A DNA stretch of 64,000 nucleotides from Eledone cirrhosa (taxonomy: Eukaryota), in contig OZ024740.1 of NCBI GenBank assembly GCA_964016885.1, forward strand, positions 410,192,001-410,256,000. Direction: 5' to 3'. Position numbers and translations under genes: made by a program. The notes beneath the pieces were generated by a model that saw only the letters and a list, made by a program, of their open reading frames with translations, was not told where the DNA came from and did not search any database. This document shows, in pieces, positions 25,840-40,499 of the stretch (position 1 is the stretch's first letter; the number at the start of each line of letters is the position of its first letter).

Positions 25840-28756
25840 ATGGCCAATATAAGAGTTGGATGTGTGAATGTACGCGGCCTGGGGATGCCCTGAAAACAGG
25901 GCAAAACTCTTAAACGACCCCAGGTCGCACAGTATGTATGTAGTAGCCATTTGCGAGTCCAGGATCCACAGCGAGCGACAGCTGGCCCCCATCTTCGATG
26001 ACTTTGAGATCTACGCATCTCTCTGTCGGCCGGGGGGTGGGGGAGGGGTTGCCGTTTTGCTGCGGAAACACCTGGGCCTCGTAATACAGACGGTATATCT
26101 GGACCCGGAGGGTCGACTGGTGGTCCTAGACGTTGACGGCAGTGAAGGTGGAGCCTTCAGGCTGGTGGCCGCATATGCCCCATCCGGGACACCGCGGCCA
26201 GACTTCTTCAAACGTCTAGAGACTTTTCTGGGAACGTCCCGCTCCTTGCTTTTAGTGGGGGACTGGAATGGATTCCTAGATGCACGTTGGGACTATGTGG
26301 GAGCATGTCCCGATAAAGGGGTGTAACAGCCTCAAACAGTTAATCGGCCGATTTGACCTGGCCGATAGATATCGACTAGATTTTCCGACTGTGCCACTGT
26401 GGACGTGGACTAATCGTAGCGGAAGATCTAGATCGTACCTAGATAGGGTTCTAGTTAGAAATAAGGATAAGGACATGTTAAGCTGTCCACAAATGTTCAT
26501 GGTTGCCTATTCAGATCACAAACTAGTGACCTGCATGGTCAACCTTGATAGAACCCATAGACAAGGACCCGGCTACTGGAAGCTGAACTTGTCGTTACCG
26601 ACATGCAAAGCCTACAGTAGACGGATTAGCACTTTAGTTAAACAGCACTTGACAGGGCCATTGTCAACAACAGATGGTTGTACTCTCTCAAGGGGGCAGT
26701 TAGATTAGACTCGTTAGTTTTTAGTAAAGAATTAGCGTTAGATAGAAATAGAACCGAGAAGGAACTGGTAGATAAAGTAGAAGAGGCAATTAGAAGTGGC
26801 AACGTAGCCAGCGTGCTAGCAACGAGAACGGCCTTGGACCAGTTCTTCGACGCAAAGCATGAAAGCTGTGTTGTCAGAAGCAAAATACGTGCTCTGGGAA
26901 ACGAGGGAGCCAAAGCTGGGCGCGAGTGGCGGAGGCAAAAAGTAGCACCAAGTCCACGATTCGGTCTTTGAAGGACCAAAACGGAGGTGTGATACGTGAG
27001 CCGAAGCAGATGTGTGCGGCCTTTCAGCGGCACTTTACTCAGCTGTTCGGGCAGGGCGGCGCGCCGGGAGGGGCTATGGATATCGGTCCATACCTCGACG
27101 GCCTATCGCGACTCTCGGACGGCGAGGCAAAGTTCTATGAAAGGCCGATCTCATCCGCTGAGATAGGGGACGCGCTGAGTCAATGCAGCAAACGCAAATC
27201 TCCAGTACTCGACGGTCTACCCTACGAATTTTACGTAGTAATGCCGGACTTATTCTCCGGTCTCCTGGAAGCGGTCTACTGCAACTGGCAACAGAACGGG
27301 AGAATTCCCAGTTCTGTGACCGGGGGCGTAGTCACACTAGTCAGGAAGGATGAGAATAAGGGGGATGACATAGGCAACTTCCGGCCCATAACTCTGCTAA
27401 ACACAGAGTTACAGATTTGGGCTAAGGTGTTGGCAAAGAGGCTGGCGCTTGTCGTCGAGAATCTGGTGGGAGAAGCGCAGACATGCGCAATCCCGACCTG
27501 GTCCATACACGACAACCTCTACCTCATGCGATACATCATAGAGAGGGTAGGGTGTAAAGCCGGCTTCGGTGGGGCCCTGATCAACTTGGATCAGTCTAAG
27601 GCTTTCGATAGTGTTGACCATCGTTACCTGGATGCGGTGCTCGAGGCGGTAGGCTTCGGACCCGTGTTCAGGGGCTGGATTGCTGCAATGCACAACAGCA
27701 ACATCTGCTCAAGGGTCAAGGTGAACGGCTACCTCTCGGAGCCGTTCCATATCACGCGATCCATTCGACAGGGATGCCCTCTCTCCTCCCTTCTGTACGT
27801 ACTGACACTCGAGCCACTACTGCGGAAGTTGGAGCTATTGCAGGGCATCTCTCTGGAACCGGGACTGCGGAAAGCGGCGTCGGCCTACGCCGACGACGTT
27901 ACAGTAATGGTGTCGAGCGCCTCGCAAATCGAGGAAGTCGGCACCTTACTGAAGGAATACGAAACGTTTACAGGAGCGAAGCTGAACCGGGACAAGTCCA
28001 TCGGTTTGCAACTCGGATCGTGGAGAGGCAAACCGATGCCTTCCGATGGCGTCGTCGGGCGCTGGACGCAGGTAAAACTACTCGGGGTCTGGTTTGGTCC
28101 GGACCTCCAGGTGGAGAAAAACTGGAACGAGGTGTCGGCCAAGGTGTTTGCACTCACCCAGAAGTGGGCCGAGTGCAAACTATCCTTGAAAGATCGAGCG
28201 GATGTGGCGAACACTTTTATAGCGTGCGCCATCTACTACCGCTTGACTGTCGTGCCTTGTCCAAAACGATCGCCAAAATGGAGCGCGCGCTCTTCCAATT
28301 CCTTTGGAAGGACCCTGCAAAGACCCTGCAAAAAAGATCTGTCCGAGGTGCGTGCGAGACGAAGAAACCGTCGCGCACGCATTCATACACTGCCCGGGCG
28401 TCACCAACCTGTGGGGCTATGTAGAACGACTATTGTCGCGGGTGGGACCAATCCGGTTGACCACCGAGTCCATTGTCATGATCAAACCGCCACCCTCCTT
28501 CAAAAACGAAGGAGAGGCGGTTTTCCTTTGTGTGATAATTATGGCGAAAGAGGTTGTATGGTGGACAAGGTTGAAAGGGCTGAGGTCAGACGCCTTTCTC
28601 TCCGGCCAACAACTGATTCTTTTTTTCAAATACCACTTTGGAAGACGAATCAGGATAGAGAGAGAGGTGCTGTACCCCAGCAAGTTTTATGAAAGGTGGG
28701 TGAAAGTGGTGAGAATGGCCCGAGTGAATGGGCGTTCTCTATATATCAGCCTCTAG
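25840..28756 (+). pseudogene. Tx1-like ORF2 (AP endonuclease, RT, zinc knuckle), disrupted
   Basis: NVRGL, GDWN, SYLDRVLV, SDHK, YWKLN, NFRPITLLN, LDQSKAF, RQGCPLS, YADD and CPRC..ETVAHAFIHC motifs; stops and frameshifts. Confidence 0.92.
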
Positions 28757-29004
28757 GTTGAGGAAAAAGAGGAGGAGAGGCAAGGAGTACAAACTCTTCG
28801 TACTCCTGGAGATGAGGGTTGCACATTTTTTTCGGGGGTATGTGTTACCCATATGTAATATCTCCCCCTATTGGGGAAAATCGACTAATTTTAAAATTGC
28901 ATTTATGATAATATTTTACACGTTTTTATTGTATGTAAACTTCCCCCTTTGTATTTGTCCCCTTCTTTTTTGCCCCTGTGGCTAATAAAGAAACATATCT
29001 ATCT

Positions 29005-32000
29005 CCGGATGGTATAGACGTTCTTCACATCGGCTCCGCGAGTATTGGAGATATTACGTGTTAACAGTAAGTGTTTGTCTGTATTCTTGGGTTATTGTGT
29101 TGATTAACCCCCTTGCTTGGGTCTTCGGACATTAGGGTTAATTTATTTCACTCCTTTTGGGGTGAAATTTTTCATCCTAAAAATCTTGTAATTATCTCTA
29201 CAATAGTGGTAATGGAAGCCATTACCACAGGTAACGATGACACGCCCACTAAACAAACTGAAGGAGAGCGGGTAGCGGAGGCAACAAGCCTCCCTACTGA
29301 AAGAATAATGATTATTAGAAACATTGAAAAAACGGAGCCTAAAAGACACGTCAGACCCAATAACCGTGTTCTGCTAACACCCCCCCCCCCCGACACCCAC
29401 ACAACTCCCCCCCCCCAGACTGATGCCCCTACACTTCCACAACCCCCCCCACCCAACAACCCATCCCCACCCTCATGGTAATTGTGCGGCCCGCTCCCCG
29501 GGACGCAGAGAGGTAAGTGCCTTTTCTCTTTACCACCAACATGGCTGAGTTGAGAATAGGTTGTCTAAATGTGCGTGGCCTGGGCTCACCTTGGAAGCAA
29601 GCAATGCTTCTAAATGACCACAGGTCACGATGTATAAATGTGATGGTTATTTGCGAGGCCCGGATCAGCAGCGTGCGACAGCTGGCCCCCACCTTTGATA
29701 ACTTTGAGATGCACGCATCTCTCTGTTACCCGGAGGTGGGGTGGGGTTGTCGTTCTGCTGCAAAAACATCTGGGTCTCGCTACACAGACGGTACACTTGG
29801 ACCTGGAGGGTCGACTAGTGGTTCAGGACATTGGCAGTGGTGAAGGCGGAGCTTTTAGGCTGGTCGCCGTCTACGGCCCTTTTGGGTCAACGCGGCCGGA
29901 CTTCTTCCATCGTCTGGAGACTTTTCTAGGGACGTCCCGCTCCTTGCTTTTAGTGGGGGACTGGAATGGTATCCTAGATGCACGTTGGGACTATGTAGGG
30001 GCATGTCCTGATAGAGGGGGTTGTAACAGCCTCATGGGGTTAATCGCCCGATTCGACCTGGTCGATAGATATCGACTAGATTTTCCGACTGTGCCAACCT
30101 GGACTTGGAGAAACCACAGCGGTTAATCTAGATCGTACTTAGATAGGTTCTTAGTTAGAAATAAGGATAGGGACTTTTTAAGTTGTCCAAAAATGCTCAT
30201 GGTTGGCTATTCAGACGACAAGTTAGTGACCTCCTGGTCAACCTTGATAGAACGCAACTTGTCCCTACCGGCAATTAAAGCTTACAGGAACCGGATTAGT
30301 ACATTAGATAAGGAGCGGTTGACGGGCGCCATCGTCAACAGCAGGTGGTGGAGCTCTCTCAAAAGAGAGATTAGAGTAGCTTCAATAGGAGTTAGTAAGG
30401 AGTTAGCCTCAGATAGAAATAGGAAGGAAAGGGAGTTGGTAGATAGTGTAGAAGAGGCAATTAGAAGCGGCGACGTAGCCAGAGTGCTAGCGTTGAGAAC
30501 GGCCTTGGGCCAGTTCTTCGACGCGAAACACGAAGGCTGCGTTGTCCGAAGCAAAATACGTGCTCTGGAAAACGAGGGGACCAAAGCTGTTAGCTGGGCC
30601 CGCGTGACAGAAGACAAAAGTGGGACTAGATCCACTATCCGGTCTTTGCGAGACCAGGATGGACGGGTGATCCTTGAACCTAAGCAGATGTGCGAGGCCT
30701 TTCAAGGGTACTTTGCTCGATTGTTCGGAAGGGGCGAGGGGCCGGATGGGGATGTGGATCTCGGTCCATACCTCGACGGCCTGCCGCGTCTTTCGGACGA
30801 GGAGGAGAAGTCCTGCGAGAGGCCGATCTCAGCTGCTGAAATAGGGGACGTGCTGAGCCAATGCGGCTGACACAAATCTCCGGGCCTCGATGGTCTTCCA
30901 TACGAACTGTATTTAAGTATGCCTGACTTGTTCTTCGATTTCCTCGAAGCGGTCTACTGCAACTGGCAACAGAACGGGAGAATTCCCTGTTCTGTGACCA
31001 AGGGCATAGTCTCGATAGTGAGGAAGGACGAGAACAAGGGGGATGGAATAAGTAATTTTAGGCACATAACACTGCTAAATGCAGAGTTAAAAATTTTGGC
31101 CAAGGTGTTAGCAAAGAGATTGGCGCTTGCCGTGGGCAACCTGGTGGGAGATGCGCAGACATGCGCCATCCCGTCCAGGTCCATTCACGACAACCTCCAT
31201 CTCATGCGATACATCATAGAGAGGGTTGGGAACGAACCCGCCTTTGGTGGGGCCCTGATCAACTTGGATCAATCTAAGGCGTTAGATAGGGTCGACCATC
31301 GTTACCTGGATGCGGTGCTAGTGGCGGCAGGTTTCGGAACCGTTTTCAGGGGCTGGATCACTGCCATGCACAGCAGCCGCATCTGCTCTAGGGTCAAGGT
31401 GAACGGCTACCTCTCGGAGCCGTTCGAAATCACGCGGTCCATCCGACAGGGATGCCCTCTCTCCTCCCTTCTGTATATATTGGCCCTAGAGCCACTGCTG
31501 CGGAAGTTGGAGTTGTTACAGAGCATCCCTTTGGAACCGGGATTGCAGAAAGCGGTGTCGGCCTACGCCGGTGACGTGACAGTAATGGTGTCAACCGCTT
31601 CGGAAATCGGAGTGATCGGCACCTTACTGGAGGAATACGAAACGTTTACAGGGGCTAAGCTGAACCGGGACAAGTCAGTCGGTTTGCAACTCGGCGAGTG
31701 GAGGGGCAAGCCGATGGCCTCCAACGGCGTCGTCGGACGTTGGACGGAGGGCCCGGTGAAGTTGCTCGGGGTCTGGTTCGGGCCAGACCTCCAGGTGGAG
31801 AAGAACTGGGCTGAGGTATCGAACAGGGTGTTTGCGCTGACGCGGAAGTGGGCTGAGTGCAAACTATCCCTGAAAGGTCGGGCGGAGGTGGCGAACGCTT
31901 ATATAGCGTCCGTCTCATCTATTACCGCCTGACCGTCGTGCCTTGCCCAAGGGAAACGCTCACCAAAATAGAGCGCGCACCTTCCAATTCCTTTGGAAGA

Positions 32001-33170
32001 AGCAGGTTCCTTTGGTGAGGAGATCCATCTGCTGACAACACCCTTCGAAAGGAGGGCTGGGGATGCCGTGGCTGCTGATGCGTAAACACGCATTAAGGCT
32101 ACGACACCTCTAGGTATTCCTCACCGGTCAACCGGTGTGGGCCCCGTTTGTGAGGCGAGCCTTTCCGAGACTCGTCTCGCTTACCGAGCTGCAGTCCTGG
32201 GTCAAGCAAAGACCGAGAAACCTGGGCGCCTGGCACACCGAGTGTGCCCAGGCGCTCACGGCTCTCTGGCAGGTGGACCCGGCTATCGGTGGAGACTCCA
32301 CCTCGTCATTCTATAGAGGGCTGGTGGTTAGTAGCTGCGACGACGCCCTCGGACAAGCCCTAGGCATGGATGAAGACGAACTGTCCAGCCTATTCGGGAG
32401 GACATTTGGCCCGGGACCTATGGACAACCTCCAGAAGTCCCCGGCCTGGCAGGTGCTACCGAGGGGCGCTTCCCGTTCGAGAAAAGCTCTACAGACACGG
32501 GCGCCTGGGTAGGGACCCCTCGAAAAAAATCTGCCCCAGATGCGTGCGCGACGAGGAAACCGTTGGGCACGCATTGGTACACTGCTCGGGCGTTGCTGAT
32601 CTGTGGGGCTATCTCGAACGACTGCTGTCACGGGTGGGACCAATCCGGTTGACCACTGAGTCCATTGTAACGATCAAGTCGCCTCCCCCCTTCAAAAATG
32701 AAGGAGAGGTGGTCTTCCTCTGTGTAATAGCCATGGTGAAAGAGGTGGTATGGTGGACACGTTTGAAAGGGCTGAGGTCGGACACCTTTCTCTCCGGCCA
32801 ACAACTGGTCCTTTTCTTTAAATACCATTTTAAGAGAAGGATCAGAAGGGAGAGAGAGGTGCTCTACCCCAGCAAGTTTTATGAAAAGTGGGTGAAAGTA
32901 GCGAGAATGGCCCGTGTGAATGGGCCTTCTCTCTTTATCAGCCTGTAGGTGGAAAGGTGGAAGTGCAAAGGAGCACCCCCTCTCTGTGCTCCTAAGGAAA
33001 AGGGTTCCACACTTTTTCGGGGTGTGTGTAACCCCCAAAACACCTCCTCCCTATTGAGGACTGTATTGTTAATTTTATATTTGTTATTTGTTTTTACTCG
33101 TTCCTTTATGTAAACTCCCCCCTTGTATTTGTCCCCTTCTTTTGTGCCCTCGTGGCAAATAAATAGAAAC
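29005..33170 (+). mobile_element. Tx1/L1-clade LINE, copy 2 (diverged subfamily)
   Basis: Collinear with copy 1; AATAAA at 33158 followed by (ATCT)n. Confidence 0.88.
29541..32948 (+). pseudogene. Tx1-like ORF2, disrupted
   Basis: Same motifs as copy 1, with YADD changed to YAGD and several stops and frameshifts. Confidence 0.92.
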
Positions 33171-33220
33171 TTATCTATCTATCTATATATTATATATCAT
33201 ACATACATATATATACACAC

Positions 33221-33299
<79 letters not shown>

Positions 33300-33729
33300 A
33301 AATGAGAAAACTCAATGCTAGAACAGCCGTTAAAAAAGTTAAATGCTGTCAAAGACAGTGATGGACAAAAATGCCTCTGAGGACAGAGACCAGTGGCCAG
33401 TGGTCAACAGAGAGACAATCCACAAGGTGGGTGGCAGGCAGATAAAATATAGAAAAGATTGAAAGAGGGGGAGGACATGGAGAAGTGTGTTGACGAACAG
33501 ATGTGATCGGAAGGGGAAATAAAGAAAGGCGATGCACAAGACAAGTTTACTCACACACATCCCTCTCATCAGCTCTTAAACCAGCAAAATGGTTTCGCAC
33601 GATTTATTTGAGAGTACCATTTTAAAATGATGGAAGTGCAACAGAAAATAAATCTTTTTGCTGGTATGATGTGTGTATGATAAAACAAACAGCCCAGATA
33701 GAAGGACGAACGAAAACAAAGAAAAGGAA

Positions 33730-33916
33730 AATAATTGTTTCTACTTTAGGCACAGGGCCAGCGATTACCCAGTGCATTACTGGTACTTTATTTTATCGAC
33801 CCCGTAATGATGAAAGGCAAAGTCAACCTCGGCGGGATTTGAACTCAGATCGTAAAGGGACGTAACTATGCTGGAAAGCATGGCGTCCGACCCTCCACCG
33901 ATACTGCCAATCCACA
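33730..33916 (-). mobile_element. Meta-like SINE copy
   Basis: Reverse complement of the 17105 family. Confidence 0.85.
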
Positions 33917-35049
33917 GCAAAGGAAAATAATGGGATAGTGGACATCAAGCTGTGGTGTGTCCTAAATAGAAAGTTAATGATAGCTATGATAAAGTTAAAT
34001 AAAAAAAGCAATTTTGTCTCTGATCGAGATGAAGTGAGTTGTATTTGAATACATATAAAAATGAGAAACCCCTTCGCTAGAACAGCGTATGTATGTATGC
34101 ACACACACACACACACACATAGATACACACACACACATACACACACATATATATATATATATATACATCACACAATACAATGTATACTCTTGAGACTGCC
34201 ATAGACAAAGTGGTAAGATTTCAGGGGCTCTGTCATTGATGTTAGTCTGGATTTCAATCTCTATTTACTTGTCAGACGCAATTTAACATTTATTATCATT
34301 GCTAATGCATTTAGTAAGGGGAAAATATGTTCAGCGTAGGCCCGGGTCATACAATTGAGTTAAATAGCTCATTATATTTCATATTGGATTTAGAAGACAC
34401 CGAAAAACAGACACATCCGCACGTTCATATACAAGTATATAAACAATTATATGTAAATGCATTAAGATAAACATACATATAATAAAATCATCCACACAGA
34501 AATACAGTTATACATGCCTATATACACATACACATATATATGTATATCTAAATAGCCTCATAGTTATACAACTCCAGAGTAAAAATACACACACACATAC
34601 AGACATACACACATATAAGTATTGTATAGGCATATGTATATGTACATATACAATCATACATTACCACATGCATACACATACCCATAGAAAGTTGTTTTAC
34701 TGTTCTTCTAGTCAACGCTTAAGTATGATCGATATATGCCCTCTAACTGAATTAGGTCGAGACCCCACTCAGTCTCTCCCTCTCTCTTTCGCTGTTTCTG
34801 ACAACTAGAATTAAAATCATACCGGTAAATATATAATGTAGCTATCTAGTCGAATACGAAAATAACACTAATCGTCAGAAGATCTCTGATAAATATAATT
34901 AATTCTGCACGAGGTTACCTCTATGGTATACAAAGTGAGTGTATGAGAAACAACATACAGGTAAACACCTTCGAACATACACACATTTAGAAACAAATAT
35001 ATTTTCATATACACTTGCATTCAACACACACCGAATACTAACTCCCACA

Positions 35050-35240
35050 TGTTGGATTGGCAGTATCGGTAGAGGGTCGGACGCCATGCTTTGACGCATA
35101 GATTTACGGCCTTTGCCATTCTGAGTTCAAATCCCGCCGAGGTTAACTTTCCCTTTCATCCTTACGGGGTCGATAAAATAAAGTACCAGTAATGCACTGG
35201 TTAATTACTGGCCTTGTGCCAAAAGTAGAAACAATTATTG
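35050..35240 (+). mobile_element. Meta-like SINE copy
   Basis: Same family. Confidence 0.85.
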
Positions 35241-36112
35241 ACGGGGTGAATCCACTATACAAGACTACATAAAGTAGGGTGTTGTATCACAAAATTGCTT
35301 CCTTTATATCTGTAGTAATAATATTTTTATGATATTGTAGAAGATAATATTGTCCTATCCGTATTGGAGGCGGTTTTCAAGGTTTCTTCCTGGAAGCAGC
35401 GCTTGCATGGCATGATAGAATTAATTTTTATGTTGAGGAAACCTTCGGAGGAAAAGTTAAGGTGGATTTAAAAGTGATATGCTTGACAGGTAGAACATCG
35501 TTAATGTCCGAAAGAAAAATAAAGATCATACCCGAAATGTGCAGCACTCTAAAGGTTAGATCTATTATACAGTACTCACCACTTCCTAGCTTCAAACGCC
35601 AATACTTTAAGAGAAATGGAAACTAAGAAAATACTTTTATACGGTAAAAGGAAAGGAATGTTTCCATTGGTGTTTTCTTTGGCTAATACTAATTGCCGGT
35701 CACAGTGAAAAGGCCTGTAGAGTTAACAATTCTTGTTAATTCTAGCTTGAATCTCCTCAGATGCACCATCATTCGCCCACACACTTGTTCATTTATTACA
35801 GTGGAATGAAACCCCTTGCTTTCTACAGCACATTGGCAAGCAGAGTTTTAATGCGCACTTACTTAACTTCAGAGAAATGTTGTGGCCTTTCATATCACCG
35901 TAAATCTAAATATGAATGGTGTATCGATATTATGACTGTTACAAAAGAAAAAAAGTATTAAAGATAATATTTAGAGGAACACACGTTAAAAATGTTGCTA
36001 TTACTACATTGCTCTCTTGTCTACTGTTATTTTACGTTCGTTCTATTCATTTCTTTAATTTATGATATATCTTTGAACCATTGATGGTTACCTTTTATCA
36101 CAGCCGATAATC

Positions 36113-36156
<44 letters not shown>

Positions 36157-36161
36157 TCTCG

Positions 36162-36194
<33 letters not shown>

Positions 36195-36386
36195 AATATA
36201 TAATATATATATATATATATATAAATAATATATATATCCATATATATATGTGTATAATCTATAGATTTATCTCCCCCCACTCTCTCTCTCTCTCTATATA
36301 TATATACACATATATATATATATATACACACGTATATATATATACACACATATATATACACACGTATATATATATATATATACACA

Positions 36387-36478
<92 letters not shown>

Positions 36479-36939
36479 CATATATATGCGCATTATGACT
36501 GAATATTTAGGGAGAATTAGTCCCAGGTTCGATCACACAGCATGGTATTTTAGACAAGAGCCATTTATGGGTTGAATTATGTTCTAAAATTGTGTAAATG
36601 GTGGGGTCACTGCTGGAATGTTTTTAATCATGTCTGCTCAATCAGAGTTGACCTAGGGCTAACATCTCCAGCAACAATGTAGGCAGATAATGATTCCCAG
36701 AAGGCTACAACTTTAGTGGGGTATAATGAAAAATGGGATTAGCACAATGGCTAACGTTTGTAGTGACATAATAGGAGTGTTGAGTCAAGCGGATGTATCA
36801 CGTAGATCAGATAAATGGTGGAACTATACTTTGATAGTTTATATATATAATATACAGAGGTACTGTGTCTGGAGCTCACTTCAGCGCTCCGATTCCTTTG
36901 TAAACAGTAACACTTCCAAAATACAAATGTGTTTATTCG

Positions 36940-37610
36940 TATAGACATGCACGCTTCAACCTTTTAGAAAAAGGCATCGGCCTGTGAAAATTCTTTTAAT
37001 TGTGAAGCAGGCCTCAACCTGTAAAGATCTTTTGCCTTGCAAAGAAACCTTGATCATGTGAAAATATTTACAACTGAGGAGCAGGTATTAGCTTGTGAAA
37101 ACGTTTTCCTTTGCGAAGCAGTCTTTAGAAGGTGAAAGTTCTTCCTCAGCAGATTATAGCGTGTGAAACTAATTTCCTTCGAGAAGCATGATTCAACATT
37201 TTCAACCTTTTTTATCTGAAAAATAGATTTCAATCTGTAAAAGTGTTTTTGTCTTTGCCTGTTGAATTTATCTGAGAATTAGGCTTCAGCATCTGAAAAA
37301 AATTATTTGAGAAGTAGATTTCGCCCTGTGAAGTGTTTTATCGTGGAGAAGCTTGCTTCAGAGAGTGAAAAAATGTTCATCAGGGAAGCAGACGGCAGGC
37401 TGTGAAAATATCTTCTTTCGTGAAGCAGGCTTTTGCCTATGAAAATATACTGTCTAAAATAGGCCTCAGCCCGAGAAAATATTTGCTTTGCGAAGTAAGC
37501 TTCAGTATCAAAATTTATTTTACTTTGTAGTGGCAGAGCTCAACATGCGAAACAGCATGTGGGAATTTCTTCCCTGGAGAAAATGTCTTCATTTCAGAAG
37601 CAGAAATCAA
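36940..37610. repeat. Old degenerate minisatellite, unit about 30-35 bp
   Basis: Recurring GAAGCAGGCTTCAGCCTGTGAAAA-like motif, roughly 18-20 times. Confidence 0.75.
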
Positions 37611-38367
37611 CCAGTCAAAGGCTCTACCCTTAATGTTTGCAGTGATTCTGTCTTGGTGCCATTGAAAGATACTAAATGTTGTATCCTCAAACTGAATACT
37701 GTTACAAGGCCCCTTCTCCTGGAAGTAATGTACGTCTGGGTGATTTAAGAGAAACCTCTATCCTTAAGGATAAATGCATGGTAGTTTATATGTGGGATTG
37801 TATTTTTGGAGAGTTAACTGCATCTATATGATTAATACACAAATGAACGAGTGTAGGAGACATAATTGATGCTTGTGGTACTTGAACAGTTATAGAGAAG
37901 AGGTCGGGGCGAGTTTAGGTTGCACTAGTTTTGCAATATCGCTTTTAAAAAATAATTCGATAAACAGTCAAAATAGTACGAAGATTCACCTTTGGGATGA
38001 GAACAACATTTCAACATTACTATTCTCAGAGCAAAATACCTCTTGTGTGAGACTCATGATAGCATGTATCTGGTAGATGTTTCCTTACAGAAATGAGGAT
38101 GATTCAAGAGAAGGAAGCAGGTATTTGTTTACGGTTGTTTCCATGATTTGAAATACAAATGGCCTAGGGTATATGAATAAAAATATACATATGATGTTAG
38201 TAATACACATCCCTTCAAACACCATACACACCTTTAAATCCCATTAATCAACAGCGGAAAATAATGACAAACGGTGACAAGCAAATATACTGATACTTGA
38301 GAGAAATGTTGAAAGAGATGTCATTAGGTTCAGGGAGTGCTTTTGTTCATTGTTAGTACATTATTGA

Positions 38368-38498
<131 letters not shown>

Positions 38499-40281
38499 GT
38501 TATAAATCCATCTTTATTGAGGAGAGGTGATAGACACATTCTATATTTTAAGAGATGCTCTTGTCAAGGAACCACAAAGCACTGCTGCAATTTAAATGGT
38601 GACAGAATTTTCCTGTCATACACAAGTTATCCATTATTTTTTCTGGTCATCTTACTAGCGTTGTGACGAATGATTATGCGGCTGATATTAGGGAACACTC
38701 TTGAGGCGTTATTAACAAGTTAAAACGTACTATTAGAGAATAGAACGTAATAGTAAGGCTTTTCTGTTGGTATCAATACCATCCATAAATGAATGGTGCT
38801 ATTCAGAAATATATGGAGTTAGAATAGTATTTTCGTTGACTGTACTATCTTCAAACCTAGGCCTGCAAGAGAACAAACATCACCAAGCTTACACACATTG
38901 CCTGAGCCAAGTACTACAGTTGTACTTTGAATTGTAATAGCCCTGCCACCCACCAAACATGACTTAATGTTGTTTTTGTCGTTATGTAGAACTGTCTTAT
39001 CTCATATCTTCTTTCCTTAAAGACTTGAAAGTATAGGACTTACTTGAAAGAGAGTTGGTTTATATTTCTAGTAGGTCAAACGAACATGTAGAATCTAGTT
39101 TGGGTGAGGTGCATTATCATGATATCAGTACTAGAGATTATTTTTACAAGACTTAGACTCATGCCCTATCTCCTGGCCACCCTGTTGCAGTCATAATTTG
39201 ACGGTACATTGGCTGCCTTATTCAGAAGAGCCCAATATATCCCCAAACATTAATCTCTCATTTGTACCTATGGATTCGTTGAAGTAGTACTCTCAAAAGA
39301 TACTCAACATTACTATCAGTAGATCCAGTACTACAATGAAGAACAGCTGTAGTCGTAATAAAAGTGATAACGCCTTCTATGAGAGCCAACGTGGTTTTAG
39401 ACTACAAACTGTTTAGTCATAATTAGTGTAACAAATGGCGGTTTGAATAAGGCAATTAACTAACTATATTAAAATTTAGTCACAAATTGTCTCAAAATGA
39501 TACCATTAAATTTAAGAGAAAGATTAAGTTGGCTGGACAACTAATGACGTTGGTCACAACTTATCCAGCTTAGCTAGATAAGGAAGCTATCAATATTGAT
39601 TTACGATCAGTAATTCCAGCGAGAAGCTGTCTACCATAAAACATTGTAGATAAAACAACATAATGTGGGAATTGAACAGATCAGAAGAACACTGCTACGC
39701 AGATAATCTCTTAGTATGCTGGCAACCACTGTCTACTTAAAATGTCCTCTTTGATAATTTTAATTAGATAAAGTTATGAAAGTTTTCCTAAAGCTATTAG
39801 GAAAATTTCGTTTTCTGACCGAAATTTGATAACATTTCCGCGATTCAGTATTTGGCAAACAGTTCAGAGTCAATGAAATGCAGTTAATAATTCATACCAT
39901 GGTCAGGAATAGCAATGATTTCTAAAATATAATAATCATATCCTCATATAATCTAGAATTATTTATCTTCAAAGTGTGTTGTATCACTAGCTGACTGTTG
40001 AATCAACAAGGTATTAGCTTTTCAACTAAAGCTTTTTCATTTTCATGTTTTATCAAGTACACTGGTTCAATAAATGACTAGTTTGTGGTTAAAATTCTAA
40101 AGTTGATCAGCAGATTAAGTAGGTAATTCAAAATAAATTATTAAAGGTAAAAATCATATATAGATATACTGTAGTTCTTTAAATTTTGCCACGGATTAAA
40201 ATTTAAATCACATAATAGCGAACATCAATCTAGTTTAGTGGAACGAAAATTCAGTTTAAATACATACATACATATACGCCA

Positions 40282-40375
<94 letters not shown>

Positions 40376-40499
40376 GTAGGAGGTGAGTTTTATTGTAGTA
40401 CAATAAAGCAATGCAGATATCGGATAAGAAGCACTCTACAGTTTGTAGGACTGGAGTATGCATAATATAAGATCAAAAGATGGTTAAAGGAGTTCCATG

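Larger units (their letters stand above)
24869..28995 (+). mobile_element. Tx1/L1-clade LINE, copy 1 (5'-truncated ORF1, internal deletion in ORF2)
   Basis: ORF1-end remnant, APE-RT-CCHC ORF2, AATAAA at 28984, bounded by (ATCT)n. The 5' boundary is uncertain. Confidence 0.85.
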
